This document shows, in pieces, positions 13,188-27,030 of a stretch of DNA of 64,000 nucleotides. The translations under genes were made by a program, and so were the position numbers. The stretch is from Eledone cirrhosa (taxonomy: Eukaryota), in NCBI GenBank assembly GCA_964016885.1, contig OZ024740.1, forward strand, positions 268,336,001 to 268,400,000, given 5' to 3'. Each line of letters begins with the position of its first letter. Position 1 is the stretch's first letter. Under the pieces are notes generated by a model. It had not been told where the DNA came from and did not search any database. It saw only the letters and a list, made by a program, of their open reading frames with translations.

Positions 13188-16100
13188 CAGTGGCGTAACT
13201 AGCTTTTAAAGCCAGGGGGGGGGGCAAATTCGATCTAAAGGGGGCCCACCAATTCCATACGCTCATTTCTATCGGCTGCAAGGAAATCTGTTCATACACG
13301 CATATAGAATAGATAATAATTTATAATAGAGTAGACAGCATCATAGATTACAGAGTTAGCATGTTCCGTGAAAACTTTATTAACTGCGAAGACGGTGGTC
13401 TATCTTCAGAAAAAAAACAACATCCAATAAAACTAGTTTTGCAATCGATTATTCACCAACAAAAATTCGTATGTACAACAAATCGTCCATCTAAAACTTT
13501 ACTTTCACATTCGAGCACATCACTTGATCTACAGTTCTAATTTGCGATGTTTTACTTTAGAAAATGTTTCACTCACGATACTGAAGTCAATTTTTTCAGC
13601 CAGTTCTCGCTCTATGTACATCATTGCCAGAGCATTCAACCGCTCTTCACTCATGGTACTACGCAAATTCTTTATCAGTTTGAGCCTGCTGAAGGTTCGC
13701 TCAGCCTGCCCCGAGCTAACCGGAATAATTATGAACATTTTGTATAAGGCAAACACGTTCGGATAGGCACGTTCGGAAGTCATTAGAAATCATAAACGCA
13801 ACGATCTCAGAACTCGATATGGATTTATCTAAACACACTTCCTTGTAAAAATCTTTGAATGATAAATACTCGTCGAAGATAGTGTCATTTTCGATGTCAC
13901 CCTCGTAGAATTTCACAAGATTATCGATTCTCTCTCTATTGCATGTGTCATCGTCGTCGAAGTGCGCCGGTATCAAGCACGAAAAATCCTTCACTAGACC
14001 GTGCAAGTCGGCAAAACGTTCGTTAAAGCTACTAATGATTCCATCTAAGATAATGAAATAAACGCCCCGTTTAAAATGCTGACTCATCGTCTCATGAGAT
14101 TCGTCGCTGGCATTTTCGTCATGAAAACGCTTCTATTTTCTTTTCCGTTTTTCTGTTGTAAACTCTGGTTCAACTTGACATTGCTCGGCGAGATTTTTAG
14201 CGTCTGATAATGTTCGGTCAAAATATTTATTTCTTTTACTACACTTTTAATCATGACGTCCGCGGAATATAAGTCTATAGCCTCCTTCTGCAAATATTGT
14301 GAAACAGAATGCAGCTTTTTAAGTAAATTCTGAAAAAACTTCAACATGAAAATGAATTCAAACTTGCTCACATTTAGTAGCAAACCTCTGGCCTCGGCTA
14401 ATACTTTCGGAACAGTGTTGTGAATATCCCCACTTATTATCCTCTCTAATGCACTTATTACTGCCGGTAAGTTGTTAATGGTAGCCTCTACAGCCTGAAT
14501 GTCACTAAACCAGCGCGTATCTGAGAGTCCTTTTAATGTTAATACCGTTGAAGCCAATAGTTTTTCTTGTTCTTCTTCGAGGATTTTCAGCCTTGGCAAG
14601 CTTGATGTTAAGAAAACATACAGACTCTCCAATATACCAAAAAATAATTTACCATCCACTGACGATTGGCTAGCATCGATTAACACCAGGTTCAGGTTAT
14701 GAGCGCAACAATGGACGTAAACAGCTTTCGAAGAGCATCCCTCTAGCCTGAAGCCCAGAAATATGGCCGGACATATTCAACGCTCCATCGTAAGCTTGTC
14801 CCATAATATATTGAGCATCCAAGGATAGATCCTGGAAAAGAACTTTCACAAGCGTATCGTAAAATGATTCAGTGGCTGCTGATTCTAGTTCACAAAACGA
14901 CAGGAAATGCTCCTGTGCGTGGCTACTTTTCGATACATATCGCAGTGACACAGAGCATTGATCCTGATGCGAAATGTCTATTGTGGAATCGACGATGACT
15001 GAATAGTATTTTGCCGCTTTCACTTCCGTGATTATTTGTTGAGTACATTCGTTTGCCAGGCATTCTATAAATTCGTTTTGTAATTTTGGACTTAAGTACA
15101 TAGGCTGTCTTTTAGTGCACCCAAGCGAGAATAAATGGCTTTCCAAGATCGTATCATACTTGGCCATCAATTTCAACAATTCAATAAAGTTTCCTTCCTT
15201 TTCTGATTTGGCGCCAAGTCAAACATATTCCCTGTGACCTTTGAAGGCCAGGCCTTGTTTTGCGAGAAATAACGTACAATCAAACAATTGCCTCAATATC
15301 TGGCGATTTCGTTCAATTCGCTTCTTCTCTTCATGAATGAGGTTATCGATCACAGTTTTATCTGCGTCCAAACGATATTTTGTCATGAAGTATTGCTTTT
15401 GTGCATTGATGTGAATGGCACTTTTCTCATGTTTGGCAATTTTTTCGATTCCCTTTAAGAAGTTTGCCATCCCATACTCTGGATTACCCCAAGTCTTCGA
15501 GTAAGATTCGGCATTTTTATCAGCAAACAGCCAACAACAAAAGCAATTTAGTCTGTTGGATTCAGGAGAGTATACTAACCAGTGTCGGTCAACTTTATGG
15601 ATTCCAGCACACTTTCTCTTGTACCAACTGATGTTGAATTTTCTGTGGTTCGAGTCGAGAGGGAAATCAGCAAAATTATCTTTCAATCCTGGCTGACAAG
15701 GACCAACGGCCATGAGGGCGCGAATTAGAGGTGTCGTCAATGGTCTGTCCTCGAAATGTTTCGGGTCGCTTGGATACTTCTCTTGTAAATTCAACATGCA
15801 TTCTACTGGCTCATACTCTGGGATTTGTTTTGCCAATGTAGTTTCCTCTGAATCATTTTCATTTTCAGATACAGCCATTTTCCCCTCTATTGAGTTCTGA
15901 TCCCCAGTTGGAACTACATCTTCAGTGACTACGACGGTTGTTGAGACAGTCGATGGACCTGAGGTATCTTCGACGTCAGGTTCTCGCGACTCTCCAGTGC
16001 TTTACTGTTTCTCCAGTTCATCTGACCAGACCGACTTGCCGGAAATTCCGGCAGTTACGTTGCTTTGGGATGCGTCACTACTTGGTGACGAAGACTGTTG

Positions 16101-17134
16101 ACTTTTCAGAAAACTTGTGATTAGATGACATTTCTTTGCAGATTCTTCCGTGGCAGCTTGTCTAGCTTCTCTCCTCTTTGTTGCTCCAGTTTTGTAAGTT
16201 TTTTAGGCAGCATTGTTAATGAGCACTATATTGACACTGTTTTCCAGTGGCGTTGTTTTTTTTTTAAATTCTTCCTTTTTCCTTTTTCTTTTTTTTTTCT
16301 ATAAGTCTTTAAGTGCCGAAATAGATTGGCATTAGAAAGCCACTTCACTTACCGCATTTCTCTGGTCCTGGCAACAAAACAGAGCAAAATTCCAGGAGCT
16401 GTCGCAAATATCAAATTGTTCTAAAATGTGACTAATGATAAAAAGTAACAACATAAATAAAAATATTATATATATGTTTTTCTATATATACACACAATAT
16501 ATAGATATATATATTTGTGTGTATATACTCATGCATAATTATACTTTTAATTAAATATTAGGTTAAAAACCTGAGTATCGAGAATAACATAAGCATGTAT
16601 TACAACATTTCAAACAAATAAAATAATATAGAATTTAGATATCAAATCATTTATTTATATTTACAAATCAAAGAATATAATAATCGGTTTTTAATGAGAT
16701 CCCTGTGATTGATGCAAGGCTACTAATTTGTCAATGTTTAGTGTGAAAGCCGTTAGAGAGAGTCGTAAATCACCTCTTCTTTCTATATCAAGGCGATTTT
16801 AACTTTTTGAAAGCAGATGCATAACCTGACTGAAACCTGACTCAACTAAATAAGATGTGGGGAAAGCAAGTAAAAAAAATTTAACGTTTTTATTCGACGG
16901 AATATTGTCTACACCTTTTTTTAGATGCAGTTGCCATTTTCTCCGATATATTATATTTTTTAAATAAACAAGAGATTGGTCTTAACTTCTAGTCTTATTA
17001 GAGATTAAGCGTTTTCTTTACGTTGTTGTAGTTAAGGATTCTTAATTACATGTGTAATAAGTTATGAGTTTAGAATTATAGCCTAGGGGGCCCACCTAGA
17101 CCGACAGGAAAGCCGGGGGGGGGGGTGACCACTG
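13188..17134 (-). mobile_element. hAT-superfamily DNA transposon (decayed)
   Basis: Left terminus CAGTGGCGTAACTAG with G-run and GGGGGCCCACC subterminal motifs. The same GGGGGCCCACC/G-run motifs and CCACTG occur at 17086-17134. Internal transposase present. No clear 8-bp TSD, so the right boundary is approximate. Confidence 0.75.
13529..16213 (-). pseudogene. hAT transposase pseudogene (ZMYM1-like: TTF-type Zn finger, DUF4371, hAT C-terminal dimerisation domain)
   Basis: ORF pieces: WLVYS..SNRLNCFCCWLF and KIAKHEKSAIH (Zn finger); LAKQGLAFKGHRE*...GNFIELLKL, YYSVIVDSTIDISHQDQ, GQAYDGALNMSG (DUF4371/DDE); LSDTRW; IIPVSSGQAERTFSRLKLIKN-LRSTMSEERLNALAMM (hATC). In-frame TGA at 15219 and several frameshifts. 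Confidence 0.93.
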
Positions 17135-17319
17135 TAGATTACTCGAACTATTCCGCTATTAAAAAACCAACAAAGGCGACGGCCTACGACCAACGCCTTC
17201 CAACCAACATCTTCCTGTACATAAACATGGAAGAGGTAGGAAGAGTGCACCCGAACATAAAGTGAAAGGGGCACCGAACGGGCGACTGCGCACTAACACA
17301 CATAAGAGCGGTCACCTAG

Positions 17320-18245
17320 ATGGAACCACCCGTAGCAAACGTACAAAGACACGTAATCGCCACCGTAACGTCCTATGGTCCCCCTCCCTACTCTCGGAGT
17401 GTGGCCTCCAACATACCCCGGATGTTCTTCGAAGCCTTAGAGAGGAACTTCCCGCCCAACCATAGGTATAGAAAAATTCTTAATAGGAACAATATAAAAA
17501 TATCCTTCTCTACTACTCCTAACCTAGCATACATCATAGGAACAACGAACCACAGTAAGATCACCAAGACACAGCACCTCGACTCAGACGCACCTACACC
17601 TGACAATAACTATATCGGCCTTAACAACTCCCTGACAGCATCCAATAGTGTTGGCAACGGCATCCGCAGACCCCAACCAGCATAACCACAAAATGACTGG
17701 CGAACATGCAGGACATGACGTGCGGAATAACAATCGCACCACCCCGCGTGCTGTGGGTTGTAATGGTGATAACGACAGCTGTGGTAGCGTGGGTAACAAC
17801 GTAGGCAGCAACAATGATAGCCTTACCGGGGGAAATAGACGGAACCGCGACAGAAGTTGCAACTGCCGCGACAGAAGACGCTGCCCCCTTAGAGGATACT
17901 GCTTGACTGATAGGGTTATATATAGATGCACTATTACTAGCCACAATAGCGTTAAACATTATATTGGGGCTACCTCCGACCCGTTCAAAATTAGGTTTCG
18001 AACACATCTCCACTCTTTCACAAATAAAAAACTAAGACACTCCACTTCGCTCGAGGACTACATTACTAAAGGTCTTAAACATCAGCTTCTCCACGCACTG
18101 GGATATTGTCGGCAGGGCTGCACCGTAAAACTTCAAGAGGAAATGCGATCTTTGCCTCATGGAGCTCTACCACATCATAACTGCACCCCACAAGCTCATC
18201 AACAGCAGAGCTGAAACAGCGATAAGTTGTACACATCGCTTAAAA
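17320..18245 (+). pseudogene. PLE ORF C-terminus with GIY-YIG endonuclease (frameshifted)
   Basis: ORFs 17320-17685 and 17648-18214 carry the VIY...YIG and R...H motifs plus Cys-rich linker of C-terminal-EN PLEs. Confidence 0.88.
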
Positions 18246-18647
18246 ATATCCTTCTTCAGATGGGTTAAGGATGAGGAGTGAAACCGTGCACCGGATCTCC
18301 CTGCAACAAGTCTTAACACCCCGGCGGGCAGGCGCTGCAAAAGAACACCCAGGAAATTATCCTGCATACCAGACCCAGCCTCAAACGACTCAGGCAAACA
18401 GATGCAGCAAAACAAACTCTCAAAATAAGCGTTGATTACATGTGTATCGACAATGGTAAGGTTGTAACCTCATCTCGTAGCGGATAAAAAAATTTATCCG
18501 GGAAAGACTGCTCTAACACCGGCCAGAGTTACCTCCCTTGACCTGCTGCAAAATCAAAACAAGCTATTTTTGCGAGCAATGAACCTTGACGTGGATTTAA
18601 CCCCCAAAACTCTTTCTGAGCAATGTAAGGAACACTTTTGATTATTT

Positions 18648-18690
18648 ATGCCCTTGAGAAGCCCAACTGGGCGAAACGTACGTTAAATAA
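18648..18690 (+). ncRNA. Hammerhead-like motif in PLE pLTR (U3-A8 variant, stem I decayed)
   Basis: TTGAGAA-GCCCA/AC/TGGGC-GAAA-CGTACG-TT. Palindromic stem III, but the 3' strand of stem I is not complementary. Confidence 0.6.
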
Positions 18691-18733
18691 ACATGTTTTA
18701 ACGGTCTATTCTCAGATTTCTTACTTTCCCACG

Positions 18734-18764
<31 letters not shown>

Positions 18765-19328
18765 GAAAGGTATAAAAATTGCTTTAGCGAGAAGCTAACA
18801 GTATTTCATAACATATTATATATATATATAATAAATATATAATATATATATATATATTATATAAATATATAATATATATATATATTATATATATTATATA
18901 TATATATATATATAATATATATAATATATATATATATATATTATATATATATATATATAATATATATAATATATATATATATATATTATATATATATATA
19001 TATAATATATATAATATATATATATATATTATATATATATAAAATATATATATATGTATATAATATATATATATTATATATATATTATATAATATATAAT
19101 ATATAATATATATATATTATATATATTATATATATATATAATAAATATATATATATTATAATATATATTATAATATATATATATTATAATATATATTATA
19201 ATATATATATATAATATATATATATTATATATATATACAATATATATATATATATATTATATATATATATATACAATATATATATATATATTATATGTAT
19301 ATAAATATATACAATATATATATAATAA

Positions 19329-19484
19329 TGTTTCATTCTTTAGAAATCAGGAGATTCCTGATGATTTCTAAAGAATGAAACAGTTCTGGTCCTATAGAAT
19401 CTCATCTATATTAAAACTTTTATACTCTGCATTGTATTCAGTACCTTACTTACTGTGGTTACCTTCGATTCATTCCGGAATAAC

Positions 19485-19485
<1 letters not shown>
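19329..19485 (+). mobile_element. Fold-back pLTR-like cassette with CTGATGA...GAAAC motif
   Basis: TGTTTCATTCTTTAGAAATCA is inverted relative to TGATTTCTAAAGAATGAAACA. CTGATGA at 19358, GAAA at 19377. (AT)n on both sides. Confidence 0.55.
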
Positions 19486-19533
<48 letters not shown>

Positions 19534-19740
19534 TATATTATATATTATTATATATATATATTATATATATATATAATATATATATATAATATATATATAT
19601 AATATATATATCTATATATATATAATATTTATAAATATTATATATATATATTATATATATATAATATATATATATATATAATATATATAATATATTATAT
19701 ATATAATATATATTCATATATATATATTATATATATATAT

Positions 19741-19772
<32 letters not shown>

Positions 19773-19818
19773 ATATATTATATATTATATATATTGTATA
19801 TATATAATATATATATAT

Positions 19819-19862
<44 letters not shown>

Positions 19863-19893
19863 ATATATATAATATATATATATATATATATCG

Positions 19894-19924
<31 letters not shown>

Positions 19925-19929
19925 CATTG

Positions 19930-19993
<64 letters not shown>

Positions 19994-20052
19994 TATATTA
20001 TATATATATATATATTAGATATATATATTATATATATATAATATATTATATA

Positions 20053-20099
<47 letters not shown>

Positions 20100-20154
20100 T
20101 CTATATATATTATATATATATTATATATTATATATATATATAATATATATATTA

Positions 20155-20363
20155 TATTTCGTTTGTAAATTTGTTTAGCAAGATTCTTTATCTGAAATCG
20201 TGTGTTGAAACCGATATTGTTATACTTTGGAAGGGTCATGTTGCCAATAAGAAACACACGCACCAGTTGCTTTCACTTCAATTTATTATAATAAATTGAA
20301 GTGAAAGCAACTGGTGCGTGTGTTTCTTATTGGCAACATGACCTTCCCAAAGTATAACAATAT
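20155..20363 (-). mobile_element. Fold-back cassette with 150-bp palindrome (20214-20363, no loop)
   Basis: 75-bp arms, nearly identical. Same family as 36286-36410. Confidence 0.85.
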
Positions 20364-20382
20364 ATATTATATATACGTATAT

Positions 20383-20418
<36 letters not shown>

Positions 20419-20621
20419 ATTATATATTATATATATATATAATATATATATTATGTATATATTATATATTATATATATATATAATATATATATTATATAT
20501 ATATTATATATATATATATATTATATATATATAATATATATATTATATATATATATATTATATATATATATAATATATATTATATATATATATATATATA
20601 ATATATATATCATATATAATA

Positions 20622-20668
<47 letters not shown>

Positions 20669-20734
20669 ATATAATATATATATTATATATATATAATATA
20701 TATATATATATAATATATATATATATGTGTATAA

Positions 20735-20765
<31 letters not shown>

Positions 20766-20773
20766 ATATAATA

Positions 20774-20804
<31 letters not shown>

Positions 20805-20852
20805 AATATATATATATATGTGTATAAATATATATATATATATATGTGTGTG

Positions 20853-20893
<41 letters not shown>

Positions 20894-20944
20894 GTGTGTG
20901 TGTATAAATATATATATATATATAAATATATATATATGTGTGTG

Positions 20945-20981
<37 letters not shown>

Positions 20982-21356
20982 GTATAGTATATATATATCT
21001 GTGTGTGTGTGTGGTTGTGTCAATATATCACACGTATATATACACAAGAAAATTACTTTTGCATAGACAAAATCGTGTTTGAGCTATAGAAAGAGGGCAA
21101 GAAAGAAAAGGAGCATCTAATATATGAAACAGTTTAGTTATTTGCAGTTATCCCCCTTTAGCATACACGCCATCATTACACTTCGCTCCTAACACTATGT
21201 TATTAACATTCAAAAGTAGAAACAATTATTGAAGAACATGATACAAGATAATCGCGTAGAAATATACTGGAGCATTAGCTTCGAACGAACAACGAACACA
21301 CCCTTTCACTCACGTATATGATTATGTATGTAGAGAGAGATTCATATACATACGTT

Positions 21357-21405
<49 letters not shown>

Positions 21406-21443
21406 GTGTGTGTATATTTATATATATATATATGCATATATGC

Positions 21444-21485
<42 letters not shown>

Positions 21486-21532
21486 TATTTTATATATATA
21501 TATATATATATGCATATATGCATATGTATGTA

Positions 21533-21572
<40 letters not shown>

Positions 21573-21720
21573 TATATGCATATGTATATATATATATGCA
21601 TATATGCATATGTATGTATATATGTATATATATATGTATATATATGTATATGTATATATATATACGTATATATATATGTATATATATATGTATATATATA
21701 TATATATGTATATATATATG

Positions 21721-21771
<51 letters not shown>

Positions 21772-22414
21772 ATATATATTTAAAGAAAAATAGAGAGAAG
21801 GAAGCTGTGTGTACGTGCGTAAGAGTGTAGCGTGACATGTTAACAAGTTACTCTTCTGGTGTTTTGCCAAAACGAATAGAAAGAAACAAAGCGTATATAT
21901 TTATAACAATATTCTGTAAATATTTGTCTGATAACCGATTTAGAAAAAAAAAAGGAGGCAAAAAGGATAACGCATACACATATATGTTAAACAGTTAATT
22001 GTAATTTACTAAGGGTTAACGAACCGAACGTATCTATTTTATTTCCTTCTATTGAAATGTGGCAGCCATTTTATTTCAGCTTTATTTTGCTATTTCTACA
22101 TTGACATTATATAATTTATTCAAAAACATGTTCAGCTTTGATATAATTTCATTCCTAAATTTTATGAACCATAAGAGCTGTTATCATTGGCATTTTATTA
22201 TAGGTTTCTGAAAATTCCAGTTCCACAATCTATGGAGTAAACTTTACTGTTTTACATGTTTCAGTCATTCGAGTGCGACTATGCTGTTTCACTTAGTTGA
22301 TTTTTGTATTTATTTCAGTATGTTATTAATTTTATCAAATGACCTATTTATCCATTGGATGAAACATCGACGCGCGCATGTTACATCATTATACGCAAGA
22401 GAGGCACAAACATA

Positions 22415-22612
22415 CAAGGGTAGACTGAAAAGTTCATAGGCTGACTATAAATGATTGATGCTAGAGCTGTGAAATCTTGCATGCATTTATTTCAACTCTT
22501 CCTATTAATAACTGCTTTGTTTCTTTCTAGGGACTATGTTAAAAAATAAACTCCATTTGGTCATGCTAAGAAGGTATCTTGGTCAGCCTATGAATTTCTC
22601 AGGCGACCCTAG
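22415..22612. mobile_element. Tc1/mariner-type MITE (second copy)
   Basis: Homologous to 8430-8627, with TIRs and TA flanks. Confidence 0.8.
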
Positions 22613-23131
22613 TACATAAACATTCATACACTTCCAGTTTTCATATACCAAATTCCAAGCTCAAAAGTAGACGACAATAGCTTAAGTAATGGGAATGAAA
22701 TTAAAGATGTCGAAGCAAACTTCTTCCTAGAATCAACCTCAGTATCTCAAGGTTACAAAGCGAACTTCTTAACCATATGGCTATGTTTATGCCTACAAAC
22801 ATCATGAATTAACTCATATAATGTTTCCAGCAAGACTGTTCGTCTATATTAGATAGCATTAGCAGCTTCAAATCACATGATTAACGCCACGGCAAGGAGG
22901 GAGCTGCTATATGGTCACTCAATCGGCCAGAAATAGCAGCCAAATCTCCCTCAAATCACACACCATGCCTTAAAAATTAGAAAATAATCGCATGAAAATT
23001 GGTTATGAATGGAATATTATTGATAATAGGTCGGTTCGATTACGGTTAATTTTGAGATGCTACTCACACGTTTATTGTATATAAACGTATAATATATGTT
23101 TATATATACACCCCAATTATGCTTTTGTGAA

Positions 23132-23450
23132 GTCGCGTGGCTTTGTGTTTAAGGTATTCGGCTCACAACCGTAAGGCCGTGAGTTCGATTCCGGAGGGGT
23201 CGGTGTCTTTGAGCAAGACGCTTTCTTTTACGTTGCTCCAGTCCAGTCAGCTTGCAAAAATGTGTTTTACCTGTAATTCGAAGGGCCAGCCTTGTCACCG
23301 TTAGTGTCATGCTGAATCTTCCTGAGAACTACATTAAGGGTACGCGTGTCTGTGGAATGCTCAGCCACTTGCACGCTAATTTCAGGAGCAAGCTGTGGAT
23401 CGGATCAATTGTCATCGTAACCGACAGAGTGCCACCAACCAATTATACTT
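23132..23450 (+). mobile_element. Family-2 tRNA/CORE-like SINE with a distinct 3' tail
   Basis: GTCGCGTGGC...GAGTTCGATTCC tRNA head, then GTCTTTGAGCAAGACGCTTTCTTTTACGTTGCTCCAGTCC core. Confidence 0.75.
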
Positions 23451-23519
23451 AAACACGGTCTTAGTGTTACTGTCAATTATGTTTGTGTGTATCTATCTCC
23501 CCCTCTCTCTCTCTCACTA

Positions 23520-23573
<54 letters not shown>

Positions 23574-23612
23574 GAGAGAGAGGAGGATATATATATATAT
23601 ATATATATATAT

Positions 23613-23808
23613 AACGAAGGAAATGTGGTAAGGAACCAGGTGGACCATAACGCACCAAAGTACTCAATACTTGAGGTAGTAGAGTGGGTAATAGGAACCA
23701 GTAAGACCCCGACAGCTGAGCTCAAGCCGTTTCGACGGCTAATTCTGAGTCCAGAATTAGCCGTCGAAACGGCTTGAGCTCAGCTGTCGGGGTCTTACTG
23801 GTTCCTAT
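23613..23808 (-). mobile_element. Fold-back cassette, 57-bp perfect arms (23691-23747/23752-23808)
   Basis: Perfect palindrome with 4-nt loop. Homologous cassettes at 37067-37260 and 49753-49927, partial copies at 2470-2533, 7407-7488 and 23880-23972. Confidence 0.9.
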
Positions 23809-23846
23809 ATATATATATATATATATATATAGTGAGAGAGAGAGGA

Positions 23847-23880
<34 letters not shown>

Positions 23881-23969
23881 GACTCCTTTCCTATTACTTA
23901 CTCTACTACCCTAAGTATTGAGTACTCTGGTGCGTTATGGTCCACCTGGTATCTTACCACACCCTCTTT

Positions 23970-24030
<61 letters not shown>

Positions 24031-24870
24031 CACTGCAATACTTCAACGAGTATATACGAGTCCAATAGAGAGAGAACTCAATTAAAATAGAATTATTGCC
24101 CAGTAAAATACGTATTGTAACTTCAAATTTCGTTGTGAAAGGTGTACGGCTGTACGTTGCAAATTAATTCTCACTTAACACTGGCTTATTGGGCAATTTT
24201 AAAGCAAATGTTTTAAAATACAATATTCACCTTTGAAATAATAGTGTTGCGGTATTTTGAAAGTGTCATTTGCGTATTATCTCGTAATATACAATTTAAA
24301 TGGTGAAATTCAGTGCATCAATAATTTGACACCTATTGAACTATACTTATATGTTATATATATATATGTGTGTATGTGTGTGTGTGTGTGTGTTTATACA
24401 AAAAAAATCATCTATATGCACATGTATATACATATGTATTATATATATATCTATAAGGCAGCAAATTTGCAGAATCTGTAGAACGTCGAGGAAAATGCCT
24501 TAAAGTATTCGTTCCGGCTGTGAGTTCAAATCTCGATGGGGCGAAATAGCCTTCTTTCTTTCAAATGCAATAGAATGTGCCACACTATTGGAGTCGATAC
24601 TTCTATCTCTGGGAGATATGTGGTTAGATGTGGAGAGGGATGCCTTCCACCATCTTTAAGATGTCCAAAACACGCTTCTAGGACTACAATAGATGTTAGG
24701 GATCCATAAATGCACACATGCACACACCTATTTCAGGCTTTTAACATCTCAGGCCGAATTTCATCCTTCACAGAAGAATGGTAATCGGAAGTAATTTTGG
24801 TGTGTTTTATTTGTGAGGTTCTTATCAATGGTTAATGGCAATTATCATTTGTGGTTATACTATTATATAA

Positions 24871-25062
24871 GGGCGGTGGATTGGCAGTATCGGTAGGGGG
24901 TCGGACGCCATGCTTTGACGCATAGAGTTACGGTCCTTGCCATTCTGAGTTCAAATCCCGCCGAGGTTAACTTTGCCTTTCATCCTTACGGGGTCGATAA
25001 AATAAAGTACCAGTAATACACTGGATAATTGCTGGCATTGTGCCAAAAGTAGAAACAATTAT
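24871..25062 (+). mobile_element. Family-1 SINE
   Basis: Full-length match. ATTTGTGGTTATA occurs upstream (about 24848) and downstream (about 25061), a possible TSD. Confidence 0.9.
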
Positions 25063-25439
25063 TTGTGGTTATATTTCCATTCTAGGACGTATTCCAACAG
25101 CACATTCTGCTTCCCAGCATCTTGTATTAGTGAATTAGTGCCGCGAATGTTTGGAACAAAAAAAGTATTTGACTACTGGGTATTCAGGTAATCCGAGCGT
25201 AAAATCATCAATGTAGAGTAGACAAATCTTAAATAGAGCTTGGAGCAGATGTTACGTTAAGAGAACATTCGGACAGAATAGATATGGATAGAATCTAGTA
25301 GATTTAAGAATATGTTAGAACTGATGAAGCAACGTGGTAAATGTTTAAGATAAACATCCATTATAGACTAACCTTAATCTTTGTTCTTGTTTTTTTTTTT
25401 TTAAATCAAGAGGATTGGTATCTGAAGCAAGCAAACTTC

Positions 25440-26095
25440 GGGAGTAATAATCCCAATTTTCAAAAATGGAGACAGGAAAGAATGCTCTAATTATAGTGGG
25501 ATTTCCTTGTTAAGCCACACCCGGTAAAATCTTAGCTAGCCAAAGAAAAGTGTCGTTTTTGCCCAGGCCGCAGCACAACTGACCAAATATTTACACGGAT
25601 GCAGGTCTTCGTGAAATCGTCTGAGTATTGCCAAGAGGCGTATGTTTGTTTCGTAGACATCGAAAAGGCATATGATCGACTTCTACGGGAAGTGTTGTGG
25701 AAAGTTCTGCAGGATTATAGGATCGACGGACAGCTTATTGTTGCCTTGAAGCCCCTATACGAATGCACTAGTCTAAGCATGTCAGACATGCGGCCCTTTA
25801 CAAGCACACCTGCGACCCACACAAAGGTTTTTACAGCACGAGCATGTTTTATCTTCGCAATATAAAATAAAAAAATGTAATGTGCGCAATTAGTTGTCGT
25901 ATGTGGCCCTCAGACAACACATATGTGACCCATGTGACCCTAGGAGGACCCTTAGTTTGACATTCCTGCCTTAGCCTTTATGTTCAGATAAATGACGCTA
26001 AGTCGAAATATTTTAATGTGGTTGTCGGTCACTACCAAGGATGCATACTCTCACCACTGTTGTTCATAATCTTCATGAATGAGATTGACATACGA
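25440..26095 (+). pseudogene. RTE-clade reverse transcriptase fragment
   Basis: IIPIFKNGDRKECSNYSGISLL, FCPGRSTTDQIF, YVCFVDIEKAYDRL.REVLWKVL, and after an insertion VQINDAKSKYFNVVVGHYQGCILSPLLFIIFMNEI. Confidence 0.88.
25774..25968. mobile_element. hAT/Charlie-like MITE inserted in the RT fragment
   Basis: Interrupts the RT reading. Ends TAAGCATGTCAGACATGCGGCCC / GTTTGACATTCCTG resemble CAGG..TGTCAAAC TIRs. Flanking 8-mers match at only 5/8. Confidence 0.6.
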
Positions 26096-26187
26096 AGATG
26101 AGTTCAAAATGTTACCGAGACCGCTGGGTATAGAATCAGTAGGCTGGAATTTGAATACGACATGGTACTATATGCCCCTCCCCCACC

Positions 26188-26219
<32 letters not shown>

Positions 26220-26250
26220 GTGCGTGTGTGTATGAGAGAGTGAGTGTGTT

Positions 26251-26297
<47 letters not shown>

Positions 26298-26687
26298 GCG
26301 TGTGTGGGCACGTGTGGGCGCGTGTGAAAGTGAGTGTGTGTGTGTGTGTTTGTGTGTGTATGTGTGTGTGTGGGGGGGGGGGTATGCAAACACATACGGT
26401 GTTTTATTATGGTTGATTGTGTTATAGTTACGTTATAACGGGCCATATTAAATTGCCGATATCTTAAATCCGCATCAGAACATGCATAGGTGCTGTATAA
26501 GTTATCATCATGTCCCCGATCCTTCTATATCACAACCAGCAATGGCTACTCCAGCATAGCGATCAATGTTGTGGCCAGTCTCATACTGAAGGGAACAGTG
26601 AACACTAAAACCTGCATTTGCCAATCTGTGTAATAATTCTAACGATACATTTTGATATTTCTATTTTTTTTACGTTTAGATACTATT

Positions 26688-27030
26688 GCTTCTTCTTCTT
26701 CTTCTTCTTCTTCTTCTTCTTCTTCTTCTTCTTTTTTTTTCTTTTCTTCTTCTTCTTCTTCTTCTTCTTCTTCTTCTTCTTCTTCTTCTCATTATTAGAG
26801 AAGCGGCAGAGCGTCGGACGCCGTACTTTGCAGCATGGAGTTACGGCCCTTTAGGTTCTGAGTTCAAATCCCACTGAGGTTAGCTCTGCCTTCCATCCTT
26901 ACGGGATCGATAAATAGTAATGCACTGGGGTTGATTTGATCGACTTTCCCCCACCCCCAAAATTGCTGGCCTTGTGCCTATATTAGAAATTCTTCTTCTT
27001 CTTCTTCTTCTTCTTCTTCTTCTTCTTCTT
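26688..27030 (+). mobile_element. Family-1 SINE (26800-26992) between two (TTC)n tracts
   Basis: SINE consensus, long subfamily, with (TTC)n on both sides. Confidence 0.8.

Larger units (their letters stand above)
17135..18733 (+). mobile_element. 5'-truncated Penelope-like element (end of RT thumb/linker, GIY-YIG endonuclease, pLTR)
   Basis: RHRNVLWSP/PPYSRSVASNI..F...L.RNFPPNHRYRKILNRNNIKISFSTTPNL..II, then CNCR..RCPLRGYCL...VIYRCTI....KHYIGAT...FKIRF..HLHSF and a downstream CDLCLME. Frameshifted. Ends with a hammerhead-like motif and abuts (AT)n. Confidence 0.9.
18734..21780. repeat. About 3-kb degenerate (AT)n field with embedded short cassettes
   Basis: Directly visible. Unique islands at 19329-19485, 20155-20363 and 21045-21340. 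Confidence 0.95.

Noticed and set aside
15219-15221. Selenocysteine or readthrough TGA in the transposase
   Set aside because: Other frameshifts show general decay and I recognised no SECIS.
13529-15878. Host ZMYM1 gene or domesticated transposase
   Set aside because: In-frame stop, several frameshifts and transposon-like termini.
26500-26615. Short minus-strand open stretch after CAG (GFSVHCSLQYETGHNIDRYAGVAIAG)
   Set aside because: No polypyrimidine tract; more likely a decayed LINE endonuclease fragment or chance.
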